This document shows positions 21,516-30,515 of a stretch of DNA of 64,000 nucleotides, in pieces. The notes below the pieces were generated by a model. That model did not search any database. It worked only from the letters and a program-made list of their open reading frames with translations, and was not told the DNA's origin. A program made the position numbers and the translations under genes. The DNA lies in assembly GCA_905215115.1 (NCBI GenBank), contig CAJMOP010000001.1:2797-66796 (forward strand). Reading direction: 5' to 3'. The DNA is from an uncultured bacterium (GTDB lineage: Bacteria; Actinomycetota; Coriobacteriia; Coriobacteriales; Coriobacteriaceae). Positions within the stretch are counted from its first letter, which is position 1. Each line of letters begins with the position of its first letter.

Positions 21516-22359
21516 GTGCGAGAGCAATATCGATGAGCTGATTGTCCCCGAGCTTGCGGGGATTTCTGGGACGGTTTCGTCAAGGCTCGCAGAATATCGG
21601 GACTGGCGCGGTGATGTCCAAGCAGATGTTTCTGATTTAGAGACATGCGCTTCGAATCTTGAGATTCAAGGCCTGGCCATTACGGCGATTGACTTTGTTA
21701 ACCCCTGCGCCCGTTACTCGGAGGTCTCCTTTGAGCTCGGTGACGATGCGATTCACGCTCGTTTGATCGAGCCTGTCGGTCGTGCCCGAGTATCTGAGCG
21801 CGTGCCGCTGTGCCTGATGTTCCACGACATCGATCGGCCTGTGCGCGGCTGGCATCACATGACGAGATTTGCCGCCATGGGGTATGCCGTCCTCGCGCTG
21901 GATGACGATGTTGCTGGTGCGGACGACCTGCGGCGGGGGATTTCTTCGCCCGCTTTTGTCGAGCGCGTCCGTTGGGGTTGCGCGCTGGCGAAGGTGGCGC
22001 GCAATCTTGATGGCATGGACCCCGACCGCATCTTTGCATGGGGCGAGGGTCTTGGCGGCGGAGTCGCGCTGGCGGTTTCTGCTCTGGACGAGCGGGGCCT
22101 CGTCTGCACGGCGGTTGCCAATCCGCTTCCTGGCGGCCTCGAGGCGCTGTCGTCTCGGGTGCGCGAATCGGTGCTCATGGGCACATCGCTTATGGATACC
22201 GTGAGCGATCCCAAGGATCAGTTTGCCGTATTCAACGGTCTTGAGTGTGACCGGAGGCATATCATCTATGCAAAATACGCTCACGAGCGCATCAATGCGT
22301 TCGAAAACGAAGTCGTCGACTTTTTTAACCAAACGTTCTACCCGTGTTCTTTGGCCTAG
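21508..22359 (+). CDS. CE7-esterase-like paralog lacking the nucleophile serine
   Basis: Aligns by eye to the upstream esterase (LCLMFHD.., AMGYAVLALD, VLMGTSLMDTV, AHERINAFENEVVDFF). The elbow reads GEGLGGG, i.e. Gly where the upstream copy has Ser. It overlaps the upstream gene by 8 nt. Confidence 0.6.
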   Translation: MSKCESNIDELIVPELAGISGTVSSRLAEYRDWRGDVQADVSDLETCASNLEIQGLAITAIDFVNPCARYSEVSFELGDDAIHARLIEPVGRARVSERVPLCLMFHDIDRPVRGWHHMTRFAAMGYAVLALDDDVAGADDLRRGISSPAFVERVRWGCALAKVARNLDGMDPDRIFAWGEGLGGGVALAVSALDERGLVCTAVANPLPGGLEALSSRVRESVLMGTSLMDTVSDPKDQFAVFNGLECDRRHIIYAKYAHERINAFENEVVDFFNQTFYPCSLA

Positions 22360-22427
22360 ACGGCCTGGACACTGCCAACAAGAGTGGGTGGCATAGGGCC
22401 GCCCGCCAGACAGCTAAGGAGATTCTT

Positions 22428-23348
22428 GTGGCAACTCAGAAATTCACCGGCGTTATCCCTCCCGTCGTTGTTCCCGATACCGAAGATCACCAGCTCGACG
22501 TTGCCTCCTTTGAGCGCAGCATCAACCGCATGATCGATGCCGGCGTCGATGGCCTGTTCTTCTTGGGATCCTCGGGCGAGGTCGTCTTCTCCACCGACGA
22601 GCGCCGTCGCCAGATTATCGCCGAGGCCGTTCGTATCGTCGACCACCGCGTTCCCGTTCTGGTCGGCATCATCGATACCGAGACCGAGCGCATGATCGAG
22701 CACGGCAAGGTCGCCCAGGAGCTGGGCGCCGATGCCCTCGTCGCCACCTGCCCGTTCTATGCCCTGCAGGGCATGACCGAGGTCGAGGAGCACTTCCGCA
22801 TCCTGCACGAGGAGCTCGACCTGCCCATCTTTGCCTATGACATTCCCGTGTGCGTCCACACCAAGCTCCCCTGGAAGCTCCTTGCCAAGCTCGGCGCCGA
22901 GGGCGTTCTGGCCGGCGTCAAGGATTCCTCGGGTGATGACATCTCGTTCCGCTACCTCGTTCAGGAGAACGAGAAGAACGGCCATCCGATGAGCATCCTC
23001 ACCGGTCACGAGGTTGTTGTCGACGGCGCTTACCTTGGTGGCGCCGACGGTTCCGTTCCGGGTCTCGCCAACGTTGAGCCCGAGGGCTACGTGCGTCAGT
23101 GGAAGGCCGCCCAGGCTGGTGACTGGGCTACCGTCAAGGCCGAGCAGGATCGCCTCAATGAGATTTCGCACATCTGGGATGTCACCTCGGGCGTTCAGGG
23201 CTATGCCGGTGGCGTCGGCGCCTTCAAGACCGCTATGAACCTCATGGGTATCTTTGACAGCCCGACCATGCCGCGCCCGGTGAAGGCCATGACTGGCGAG
23301 AACGTCGAGGCGATTCGCAAGGTCCTTCAGGACAACGGTCTCCTGTAA
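22428..23348 (+). CDS. nanA: N-acetylneuraminate lyase (DHDPS/NAL family)
   Basis: Motifs GSSGE, TCPFY and Schiff-base Lys context GVKDSSGD. GTG 22428 follows AAGGAG. The NanA versus DapA call rests on nanK/nanE context. Confidence 0.7.
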   Translation: MATQKFTGVIPPVVVPDTEDHQLDVASFERSINRMIDAGVDGLFFLGSSGEVVFSTDERRRQIIAEAVRIVDHRVPVLVGIIDTETERMIEHGKVAQELGADALVATCPFYALQGMTEVEEHFRILHEELDLPIFAYDIPVCVHTKLPWKLLAKLGAEGVLAGVKDSSGDDISFRYLVQENEKNGHPMSILTGHEVVVDGAYLGGADGSVPGLANVEPEGYVRQWKAAQAGDWATVKAEQDRLNEISHIWDVTSGVQGYAGGVGAFKTAMNLMGIFDSPTMPRPVKAMTGENVEAIRKVLQDNGLL

Positions 23349-23519
23349 AGCTTCCCCAGGCACCCGATCTTGGGGCTCAAGTGGTCGGGCGTGACCCATT
23401 AGGTCAACGCCCGACCACTTTCACCCCAACCTCGGGCACCTGGGAAACCTTTACCAAGTTGCGGCGATAACACCGCCTTCATTTCCTGTAGTTGTTATTT
23501 ATCTCCTAAGGAGAGCGAC

Positions 23520-24485
23520 ATGGAGAACAAGTACGTCTGCTCTGTCGATATCGGCGGAACTAAGATCGCGACTGCCATCATGGAGTACCCGGCTGACGGC
23601 AGCGTGCCCCATCCCGTTTTTGAGGCCGAGGTTCCTACCGAGGCCCAGGAGGGCGGCGAGGCCGTCTTCCAGCGTATCGAGGCGTCCATCAAGGCTGCTC
23701 TCGAGGCGAATCCCGATGTCGAGGTCCTTGGCGTCGGTATCGGTGCCGCCGGCGTCGTCGATCCCAAGACGGGCGCCATCGCGTATGCCAACGAGATTAT
23801 GCCCGGTTGGTCCGGCGTTCAGTTGGGGCCGCGTCTGCGCGAGGACCTCGGTCTTCCCGTTGCCGTTGTAGGCGACGTGCAGGCTCATGCTCTGGGCGAG
23901 GCCCACTGGGGCGTCGGCAAGGGCAAGTTCTCCGTCTTGTGTCTTGGCATCGGTACGGGCATCGGCGGAGCATATGTCGAGAACGGCCGCGTGATGCAGG
24001 GCTTCCATGGTGCTGCTGGCCATATGGGCCACATCGAGTGTTCGGCTGCCGCCGGCATTCCCTGCGCCTGCGGGCGTTCCGGCCATCTGGAGTCGGTTGC
24101 TTCGGGCACTTCCATTGGTCGTATGTACGATGAGCGCTTTGGCCGCGTCGACCCCAGCCGTCCTTCGGTCGGTCGCGATGTGAACGACCTGTGCCGTGCA
24201 GGCGACGCAAAGGCGACCGAGGTCATCCATGATGCCGGCTTTGCGCTGGGTGCCAGCTTGGGCTCGCTCGCTAACATCCTGGACCCTGAGGTCATCGTGC
24301 TTTCGGGCGGCGTGATTCACCAAGGTCCCGATTGGCGTTCGCAGACGTGGAAGGATTCGGTGCACGAGGGCTATGCCAGCCAGGCGCTCGATCCGCTTCA
24401 GGACACGCCGATCCTCATCGGTTCTCTGGAGGGCGATGCTCCGCTCATCGGTGCCGCTGAGCATCTTCTTGCCTCGTTGAAGTAA
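23520..24485 (+). CDS. nanK: ROK-family sugar kinase, likely N-acetylmannosamine kinase
   Basis: VDIGGTKIATA ATP-binding start and ROK zinc motif GHIECSAAAGIPCACGRSGHLE. No N-terminal HTH. Located between nanA and nanE. Confidence 0.7.
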   Translation: MENKYVCSVDIGGTKIATAIMEYPADGSVPHPVFEAEVPTEAQEGGEAVFQRIEASIKAALEANPDVEVLGVGIGAAGVVDPKTGAIAYANEIMPGWSGVQLGPRLREDLGLPVAVVGDVQAHALGEAHWGVGKGKFSVLCLGIGTGIGGAYVENGRVMQGFHGAAGHMGHIECSAAAGIPCACGRSGHLESVASGTSIGRMYDERFGRVDPSRPSVGRDVNDLCRAGDAKATEVIHDAGFALGASLGSLANILDPEVIVLSGGVIHQGPDWRSQTWKDSVHEGYASQALDPLQDTPILIGSLEGDAPLIGAAEHLLASLK

Positions 24486-24555
24486 ACGTATCTGCTGTAG
24501 GAGCCTCCCGAGACAACACGCCTCGGGAGGCTGTTCTGAGAAAGGTTGCAGCCTT

Positions 24556-25242
24556 ATGACCGTCGATCCTTTGATTCAATCCCTGAAGGGCAAGCTCGTC
24601 GTGAGCGTTCAGGCGTATATGGGCGAGCCGCTTCGTACGCCCGAGACCATGGCTCAAATGTCTCGCGCTTGCGAGCTTGGCGGCGCCGCCGCCATTCGCT
24701 GTCAGGGCCTTGCCGACATTGCCGCTATTAAGGGTCGCTGTGAGGTTCCCGTCATCGGCCTGTGGAAGGATGGACACGAGGGCGTTTACATCACGCCGAC
24801 GCTGCGTCACGCTCGCGCCTGCGTTGCTGCCGGTGCCGATATCGTGGCGATCGACGCCACCGATCGTCCGCGTCCCGATGGCAAGACCGTCGAGGATACC
24901 TTCCGCCCGCTGCACGAGGAGGGCGTGCTCCTGATGGCGGATTGTGCCACCATCGAGGACATTCGCCGTGCGGTTGATATGGGCTTTGACCTGGTATCCA
25001 CCACGCTTTCTCACGGCGTCGCCGCCATCGACTGCACCATGGCCGATGGCCCCGACCTGCCACTCCTGCGTCAGGCGACCGAGGAATTCCCCGGTCTTCC
25101 CATCATCTGCGAGGGCCGCGTGCACACGCCCGAGGAGGCTCGCGCTGCGATCGATGCTGGCGCCTGGGCCGTTGTCGTCGGCACCGCCATCACGCACCCC
25201 ACGAGTATTACGAGTTGGTTCAAGGCTGCGCTTGAGGCGTAA
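24556..25242 (+). CDS. nanE: N-acetylmannosamine-6-phosphate 2-epimerase
   Basis: About 228 aa. LKGKLVVSVQA and IAIDATDRPRPDG are characteristic NanE motifs. Confidence 0.85.
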   Translation: MTVDPLIQSLKGKLVVSVQAYMGEPLRTPETMAQMSRACELGGAAAIRCQGLADIAAIKGRCEVPVIGLWKDGHEGVYITPTLRHARACVAAGADIVAIDATDRPRPDGKTVEDTFRPLHEEGVLLMADCATIEDIRRAVDMGFDLVSTTLSHGVAAIDCTMADGPDLPLLRQATEEFPGLPIICEGRVHTPEEARAAIDAGAWAVVVGTAITHPTSITSWFKAALEA

Positions 25243-25293
25243 GACAGGCCTCGTATCCGCTCGGGGCGGTATACTCAATATAGGCAATTGACC

Positions 25294-25331
25294 GCGCGGG
25301 ATCCGGGTTGCTGGGTCCCGCGCTTGTTTTT
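25294..25331 (+). terminator. Rho-independent terminator after nanE
   Basis: GCGCGGGA ... TCCCGCGC stem followed by TTGTTTTT. Confidence 0.6.
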
Positions 25332-25343
25332 GGGAGGCAGCAC

Positions 25344-26264
25344 ATGCAAAAGGGAGATGCCATGGATGCGGCGGAGCGCTCGGAGCGCATCCCCGATATC
25401 GTCATCATCACCGGAATGTCCGGATCGGGCCGCACACAGGCCATGCACGTGTTCGAGGACATGGGCTATTTTTGCATTGATAACCTACCTCCGCGTCTCA
25501 TCGCCCAGCTTGCCGAGCTCGTCGGCATCAATACGGGCGTGGGCAGGCATCTCGCCGTCACCTGCGATTTGCGTAGCCAGGGACTGTTTGACGAGTTGCT
25601 CGATGCGGTCGCCGCGCTCGAAGAGCGCGAGATGAGCTGCGACATCGTGTTCCTGGAGGCTTCTGACGAGGTGCTGATTCGTCGCTACAGCGAAAATCGC
25701 CGCCGTCATCCCATTGCCAAGCCGGGGGAGACTACGGCCGATGCCATTCAGCGCGAGCGCCTTCAGCTGCGGGGCGTGCGCGATCGAGCCGATATGATTA
25801 TCGACACGAGCCGCCTGCGCACCTCTGCCCTGCGCAACAAATTGCGCATGGCGTTCTCCGAGTTGTCCGACCAGCAGCTCATGGACGTTCACGTGTTCTC
25901 GTTTGGCTTTAAGCACGGTATGCCCGTCGAGGCGGACATTATGATCGACGTTCGCTTCCTGCCCAATCCGTTTTACGATCCCGAGATGCGTACCATGACC
26001 GGTCTCGATAAGAAAGTCTCCGACTTTGTTCTGGACCATCCCAAGACCCAGGAGTTCTGGAAGGCCTGGACGCAGCTGCTCGATACGGTGATGCCGGGCT
26101 ATATCGCGGAGGGTAAGCCGCAGCTTTCTATCGCCATCGGCTGCACGGGCGGACAGCACCGTAGCGTCGCCATTGCCGAGGCCACGGCCCGTTACCTGGA
26201 AGGCGCCCAGTATCACGTGAGCATCTCCCACCGCGACCTGTCGCGCGCCAACACGAAGGCATAG
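25344..26264 (+). CDS. rapZ: RNase adapter / nucleotide-binding protein RapZ (YvcJ)
   Basis: VIITGMSGSGRTQA P-loop and C-terminal IGCTGGQHRSV motif. The start is ATG 25344 after GGGAGG, or ATG 25362. Confidence 0.9.
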   Translation: MQKGDAMDAAERSERIPDIVIITGMSGSGRTQAMHVFEDMGYFCIDNLPPRLIAQLAELVGINTGVGRHLAVTCDLRSQGLFDELLDAVAALEEREMSCDIVFLEASDEVLIRRYSENRRRHPIAKPGETTADAIQRERLQLRGVRDRADMIIDTSRLRTSALRNKLRMAFSELSDQQLMDVHVFSFGFKHGMPVEADIMIDVRFLPNPFYDPEMRTMTGLDKKVSDFVLDHPKTQEFWKAWTQLLDTVMPGYIAEGKPQLSIAIGCTGGQHRSVAIAEATARYLEGAQYHVSISHRDLSRANTKA

Positions 26265-26270
26265 GCCTGC

Positions 26271-27200
26271 ATGTCGTTTACCGCTGAGGTGCGCGACGAG
26301 CTTGCGCGCTGCGAACCCGAATGTGAATACTGCGATTTGTCGACGCTTGCCGCCCTGACGCGTGTGAGCGGTACGCTTTCGTTGGCCGGCTCCGGGCGGT
26401 ATCGTTTGACGGTCGCGACCGAGACGGGAGCCGTCGCGCGCACGATGATCACGCTGACGCATCGCATCCTTAAGCTCAAAACGGAATTCACCGTTCGTAA
26501 ATCGGTCTTGCATAAGGTCCGTAACTATCTCATTACCCTGCCCGATCAACCCGACCTGGACAAGGCTCTGGTGCTGCTGGGTATTCTAGACCGCAGGGGA
26601 GGGCTCGTTGCTGGTGTTCCCCGACACATCGTTGCCCGTCCCTGCTGCAGGCTTGCCTACATCCGCGGCGCGCTCATCGCGGGCGGCTTCGTGGCCGATC
26701 CACGCGGCGATTTTCATTTGGAGATCGCGGTGCAGGGCGAGCAATATGCCAAGGGGCTTTGCGACCTGTTGGGGCAGATTGGGGTCCATGCTCGTGTTAA
26801 TGCGCGGCGGGGGTCATATGCCGTGTACATTAAGAGCGCCGAGGAAATCGAGCATTTATTAAAGCTGATTGGTGCCAAGCGCAGCGTTGCCGAGATTGAG
26901 GAGGCGCGCGCGGTCAAGTTGGTTAAGAACGATGTGAACCGTCGCGTGAACGCCGAGCTCGCCAACCAGACCAGAAGCGCCGGTGCTGCCCAACATCAGC
27001 TTGCGCTTATCGATGAGCTCGAGCAGCGCGGCCTTCGCGATGCGCTTCCGGATGCCTTGGCGGTCTTTTGCGACCTGCGCGAGCGCTATCCCGATCTGTC
27101 GCTGCGTGATTTAGGGGAGATGGCTGACCCTCCCTTGTCGAAGTCGGCCCTCTACCATCGAGTTTTGAGGCTTGAAAAGCTCATTGAAGCAAACGGGTAG
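26271..27200 (+). CDS. whiA: DNA-binding sporulation/cell-division regulator WhiA
   Basis: MSFTAEVRDEL start, degenerate LAGLIDADG-type core, and C-terminal HTH (LSLRDLGEMADPPLSKSALYHRVLRL). Confidence 0.92.
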   Translation: MSFTAEVRDELARCEPECEYCDLSTLAALTRVSGTLSLAGSGRYRLTVATETGAVARTMITLTHRILKLKTEFTVRKSVLHKVRNYLITLPDQPDLDKALVLLGILDRRGGLVAGVPRHIVARPCCRLAYIRGALIAGGFVADPRGDFHLEIAVQGEQYAKGLCDLLGQIGVHARVNARRGSYAVYIKSAEEIEHLLKLIGAKRSVAEIEEARAVKLVKNDVNRRVNAELANQTRSAGAAQHQLALIDELEQRGLRDALPDALAVFCDLRERYPDLSLRDLGEMADPPLSKSALYHRVLRLEKLIEANG

Positions 27201-27393
27201 TTTAAAGTATCGACTTATATACGGATTTAGCTGCTATTTTATTCTTTAAAACGTTTTAACGTAAATTTGATTTTCAATTTCGAGCATTCTCGTGAAATTC
27301 AAGTCAAAAAAAAGGTATATTAGGCGAGTGGTTAGTTTGTGGGCCTCAACGGCGGGCGCTGTAGCTTGCGGGGGCCTTACGAAAGGAGACACA

Positions 27394-28419
27394 ATGGCAG
27401 TAAAGGTTGCTATTAACGGCTTCGGTCGCATCGGTCGTCTGGCTTTCCGTCAGATGTTCGGTCATGAGGGCTCCGAGATCGTCGCTATCAACGACCTCAC
27501 CTCTCCCGATATGCTCGCTTACCTGCTGAAGTACGACTCCACGCAGGGCAACTACGCTCGCGATCACGAGGTCGTTGCTGGCGAGGATTCCATCACCGTT
27601 GACGGCAAGGAGATCAAGATCTACAAGGAGGCCGACGCCAACAACCTGCCTTGGGGCGACCTCGACGTCGACGTCGTTCTCGAGTGCACCGGCTTCTACA
27701 CCAGCAAGGCTAAGGCTCAGGCCCACATCAACGCTGGCGCCAAGAAGGTCGTCATCTCCGCTCCGGCCGGCAGCGATCTGCCCACCATCGTGTACAACGT
27801 CAACCACGAGACGCTGACCGCTGAGGACAACATCATCTCCGCTGCTTCCTGCACCACCAACTGCCTCGCCCCGATGGCCAAGGGTCTGAACGACTTCGCT
27901 CCCATCGTGTCCGGCATCATGACCACCATTCACGCCTGGACCGGCGACCAGATGCCGCTCGACGGCCCGCAGCGCAAGGGCAACAAGCGTCGTAGCCGCG
28001 CCTGCGCCGTCAACATCGTCCCCAACACCACCGGTGCTGCCAAGGCTATCGGCCTGGTTCTCCCCGAGCTCAACGGTAAGCTCATCGGTGCCGCCCAGCG
28101 CGTCCCGACGCCGACCGGCTCCATCACCAACCTCTACGCTGTCGTTGACAAGAAGGTCACCGTCGACGAGGTCAACGCCGCTATGAAGGCCTACGCTTCC
28201 ACCATCTCCGAGACCTTCGGTTACAACGAGGACGACATCGTCTCCACCGACATCATCGGCGAGACCCACGGCTCCATCTTCGACGCCACTCAGACCATGT
28301 GCTCTGACCTCGGCAACGGCCAGACCCTCGTTCAGGTCACCTCTTGGTACGACAACGAGAACTCCTACACCTCTCAGATGGTCCGCACCATCAAGTACTT
28401 CGAGAAGTTCGTTGCTTAA
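27394..28419 (+). CDS. gap: Glyceraldehyde-3-phosphate dehydrogenase
   Basis: [15 protein letters not shown] and [11 protein letters not shown] active site. RBS AAAGGAGA. Confidence 0.97.
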   Translation: MAVKVAINGFGRIGRLAFRQMFGHEGSEIVAINDLTSPDMLAYLLKYDSTQGNYARDHEVVAGEDSITVDGKEIKIYKEADANNLPWGDLDVDVVLECTGFYTSKAKAQAHINAGAKKVVISAPAGSDLPTIVYNVNHETLTAEDNIISAASCTTNCLAPMAKGLNDFAPIVSGIMTTIHAWTGDQMPLDGPQRKGNKRRSRACAVNIVPNTTGAAKAIGLVLPELNGKLIGAAQRVPTPTGSITNLYAVVDKKVTVDEVNAAMKAYASTISETFGYNEDDIVSTDIIGETHGSIFDATQTMCSDLGNGQTLVQVTSWYDNENSYTSQMVRTIKYFEKFVA

Positions 28420-28458
28420 TTTAGCTTTTAGCGAATAGCTCGTTGAGCGTCTAAAGAA

Positions 28459-28503
28459 GGGCGCGGCCTCATAGGGCTTACACCCTAGGGTCGCGCCCTT
28501 TTT
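28459..28503 (+). terminator. Terminator/attenuator hairpin after gap
   Basis: GGGCGCGGCC ... GGTCGCGCCC stem with an inner TAGGG/CCCTA stem, followed by TTTTT. Confidence 0.65.
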
Positions 28504-28559
28504 ATAGGAAATCGTCTGCCGTAATGGGAGGCAGACACGTACGAAAGGTAGAAGCAAAC

Positions 28560-29750
28560 ATGGCCTTTACCAAGAAGACCGTCCGCGACATCGATGTCGA
28601 CGGCAAGCGCGTTCTCGTCCGCGTTGACTTCAACGTGCCTATCAAGGATGGCGTCGTTGGCGATACCACCCGCATCAAGGCTGCCCTGCCCACCATCAAC
28701 TACCTCGTTGAGCACAACGCTCGCGTCATCCTCATGAGCCACCTCGGCCGTCCCGATGGCACCGGCTTCCAGTCCGAGCTGTCCCTCGAGCCCGTCGCCA
28801 AGAAGCTCGCTGAGCTCTCTGGTCTCGATGTTGCCTTTGTCGCCGACACCTACGGCGAGAAGGCTGCTGAGGCTGTTGCCGCCGTCGAGCCGGGCAAGGT
28901 CCTCGTTCTCGAGAACGTCCGTTTTGACAAGCGTGAGAAGAAGAACGATCCCGAGATCGCCAAGAAGCTCGCTTCCTATGGTGACGTCTTCGTTCTCGAT
29001 GCCTTCGGCACCGCTCACCGCGCCCAGGGTTCCGTCGTGGGCCCCGCCGCTTACCTGCCTGCCGTCGCCGGCTTCCTGCTCGAGGAGGAGGTCGACACGC
29101 TGACCGGCATCTTCGCCGAGCCCGAGCGCCCCTTCGTCGCTATCGTCGGCGGTTCCAAGGTTTCCTCCAAGATCGGCGTTCTCGATCACCTCATCGACTC
29201 CGCTGATACCCTGATCATCGGTGGCGGCATGGCCTACACCTTCTTCCTGGCTCAGGGTCTGACCGTCGGTCAGTCCCTCAAGGAAGAGGACTGGGTCGAG
29301 CGCGCCGGCGAGATGCTCAAGAAGGCCGAGGAGAAGGGCGTCAAGATCCTGCTCCCCATCGACAACCGCGTTGCCGATCACTTTGGCGAGGACGCTGTCC
29401 CCGAGGTTGTCGCTTCCGACGCTATCCCCGACGATCGTGAGGGCATGGACATCGGCCCCAAGACCGAGGAGCTCTACGCCGAGGCCGTCAAGGGCGCCAA
29501 GACCGTGTTCTGGAACGGCCCCATGGGCGTCTTCGAGTTCGACAACTTCGCTCACGGCACCCAGGCTATCGCCGAGGCCGTCGCCGAGGCCGACTGCACC
29601 TCGATCATCGGCGGTGGTGACTCTGTCGCGGCTGTCAACAAGTTCAACCTGGCCGACAAGATGAGCTGGATCTCCACCGGTGGTGGCGCTTCCATGGAGC
29701 TCGTCGAGGGTAAGGCCCTGCCCGGAGTGGAGGCGCTTCTCGATGCCTAA
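28560..29750 (+). CDS. pgk: Phosphoglycerate kinase
   Basis: RVDFNVP, MSHLGRP and GGGDS motifs. Confidence 0.97.
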   Translation: MAFTKKTVRDIDVDGKRVLVRVDFNVPIKDGVVGDTTRIKAALPTINYLVEHNARVILMSHLGRPDGTGFQSELSLEPVAKKLAELSGLDVAFVADTYGEKAAEAVAAVEPGKVLVLENVRFDKREKKNDPEIAKKLASYGDVFVLDAFGTAHRAQGSVVGPAAYLPAVAGFLLEEEVDTLTGIFAEPERPFVAIVGGSKVSSKIGVLDHLIDSADTLIIGGGMAYTFFLAQGLTVGQSLKEEDWVERAGEMLKKAEEKGVKILLPIDNRVADHFGEDAVPEVVASDAIPDDREGMDIGPKTEELYAEAVKGAKTVFWNGPMGVFEFDNFAHGTQAIAEAVAEADCTSIIGGGDSVAAVNKFNLADKMSWISTGGGASMELVEGKALPGVEALLDA

Positions 29751-30510
29751 TCGCACCCTTCTTATCGCTGGTAACTGGAAGATGAACAACGACGTCGCCG
29801 AGGCCGCCAAGCTCGCCGACGAGCTGGCTCAGGCTCTGCCCGAGGTTCCGGCTGGCGTCGAGGTGCTCGTCTGCCCTCCGACCATTGACATCACCACGGT
29901 TCATGACCGTATTCAGGCTGCCCCCATCGCCCTCGGTGCTCAGAACGTGTACTGGGAGGCCAAGGGTGCCTTCACCGGTGAGTCCTCTTGCGACATGCTC
30001 AAGTCCGCTGGCTGCACCTACTGCATCATCGGTCACTCCGAGCGTCGCGACTACTTCCACGAGACCGACGAGGATCAGAACAAGAAGGCCAAGGCCCTCG
30101 TTGCCGCCGGTCTTGTTCCCGTCTTCTGCTGCGGCGAGTCCCTCGAGGTCCGCGAGGCTGGCACCTATGTCGAGCACGTCGTGAACCAGGTCAAGGCTGG
30201 CCTTGCTGGTCTTGAGATCACCTGCCCCAAGCAGGTCGTCGTCGCCTACGAGCCCATCTGGGCTATCGGCACCGGCAAGACCGCTACCGCCGAGGACGCT
30301 CAGGAGGTCTGCGGCGCTATCCGTGAGACCCTCAAGGAGATGTTCGGCGAGGAGCTCGCCGACGGTATCCGCGTCCTGTACGGTGGTTCCGCTAAGCCCG
30401 GCAACATCGCCGAGCTCGTCGCTAAGCCTGACGTTGACGGCGCCCTCGTGGGCGGCGCTTCGCTCAAGGCTGCCGACTTCGCCTCTATGGTCGTCAAGGC
30501 AGGCGAGTAG
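29743..30510 (+). CDS. tpiA: Triosephosphate isomerase
   Basis: IAGNWKMN, IIGHSERR and AYEPIWAIGTG motifs. The ATG overlaps the pgk stop by 8 nt. Confidence 0.97.
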   Translation: MPNRTLLIAGNWKMNNDVAEAAKLADELAQALPEVPAGVEVLVCPPTIDITTVHDRIQAAPIALGAQNVYWEAKGAFTGESSCDMLKSAGCTYCIIGHSERRDYFHETDEDQNKKAKALVAAGLVPVFCCGESLEVREAGTYVEHVVNQVKAGLAGLEITCPKQVVVAYEPIWAIGTGKTATAEDAQEVCGAIRETLKEMFGEELADGIRVLYGGSAKPGNIAELVAKPDVDGALVGGASLKAADFASMVVKAGE

Positions 30511-30515
30511 GACAT

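Noticed and set aside
23349-23470. Long imperfect nested palindrome after nanA (CCCAGGCACCCGATCTTGGGG ... AGTGGTCGGGCGT...ACGCCCGACCACT ... CCCCAACCTCGGGCACCTGGG), considered as a fifth member of the E family.
   Set aside because: It lacks both conserved loop motifs (WTTYCGCA and ATGYYYGAGGAC), and its outer arms pair only imperfectly. A nanA terminator/attenuator hairpin explains it better.
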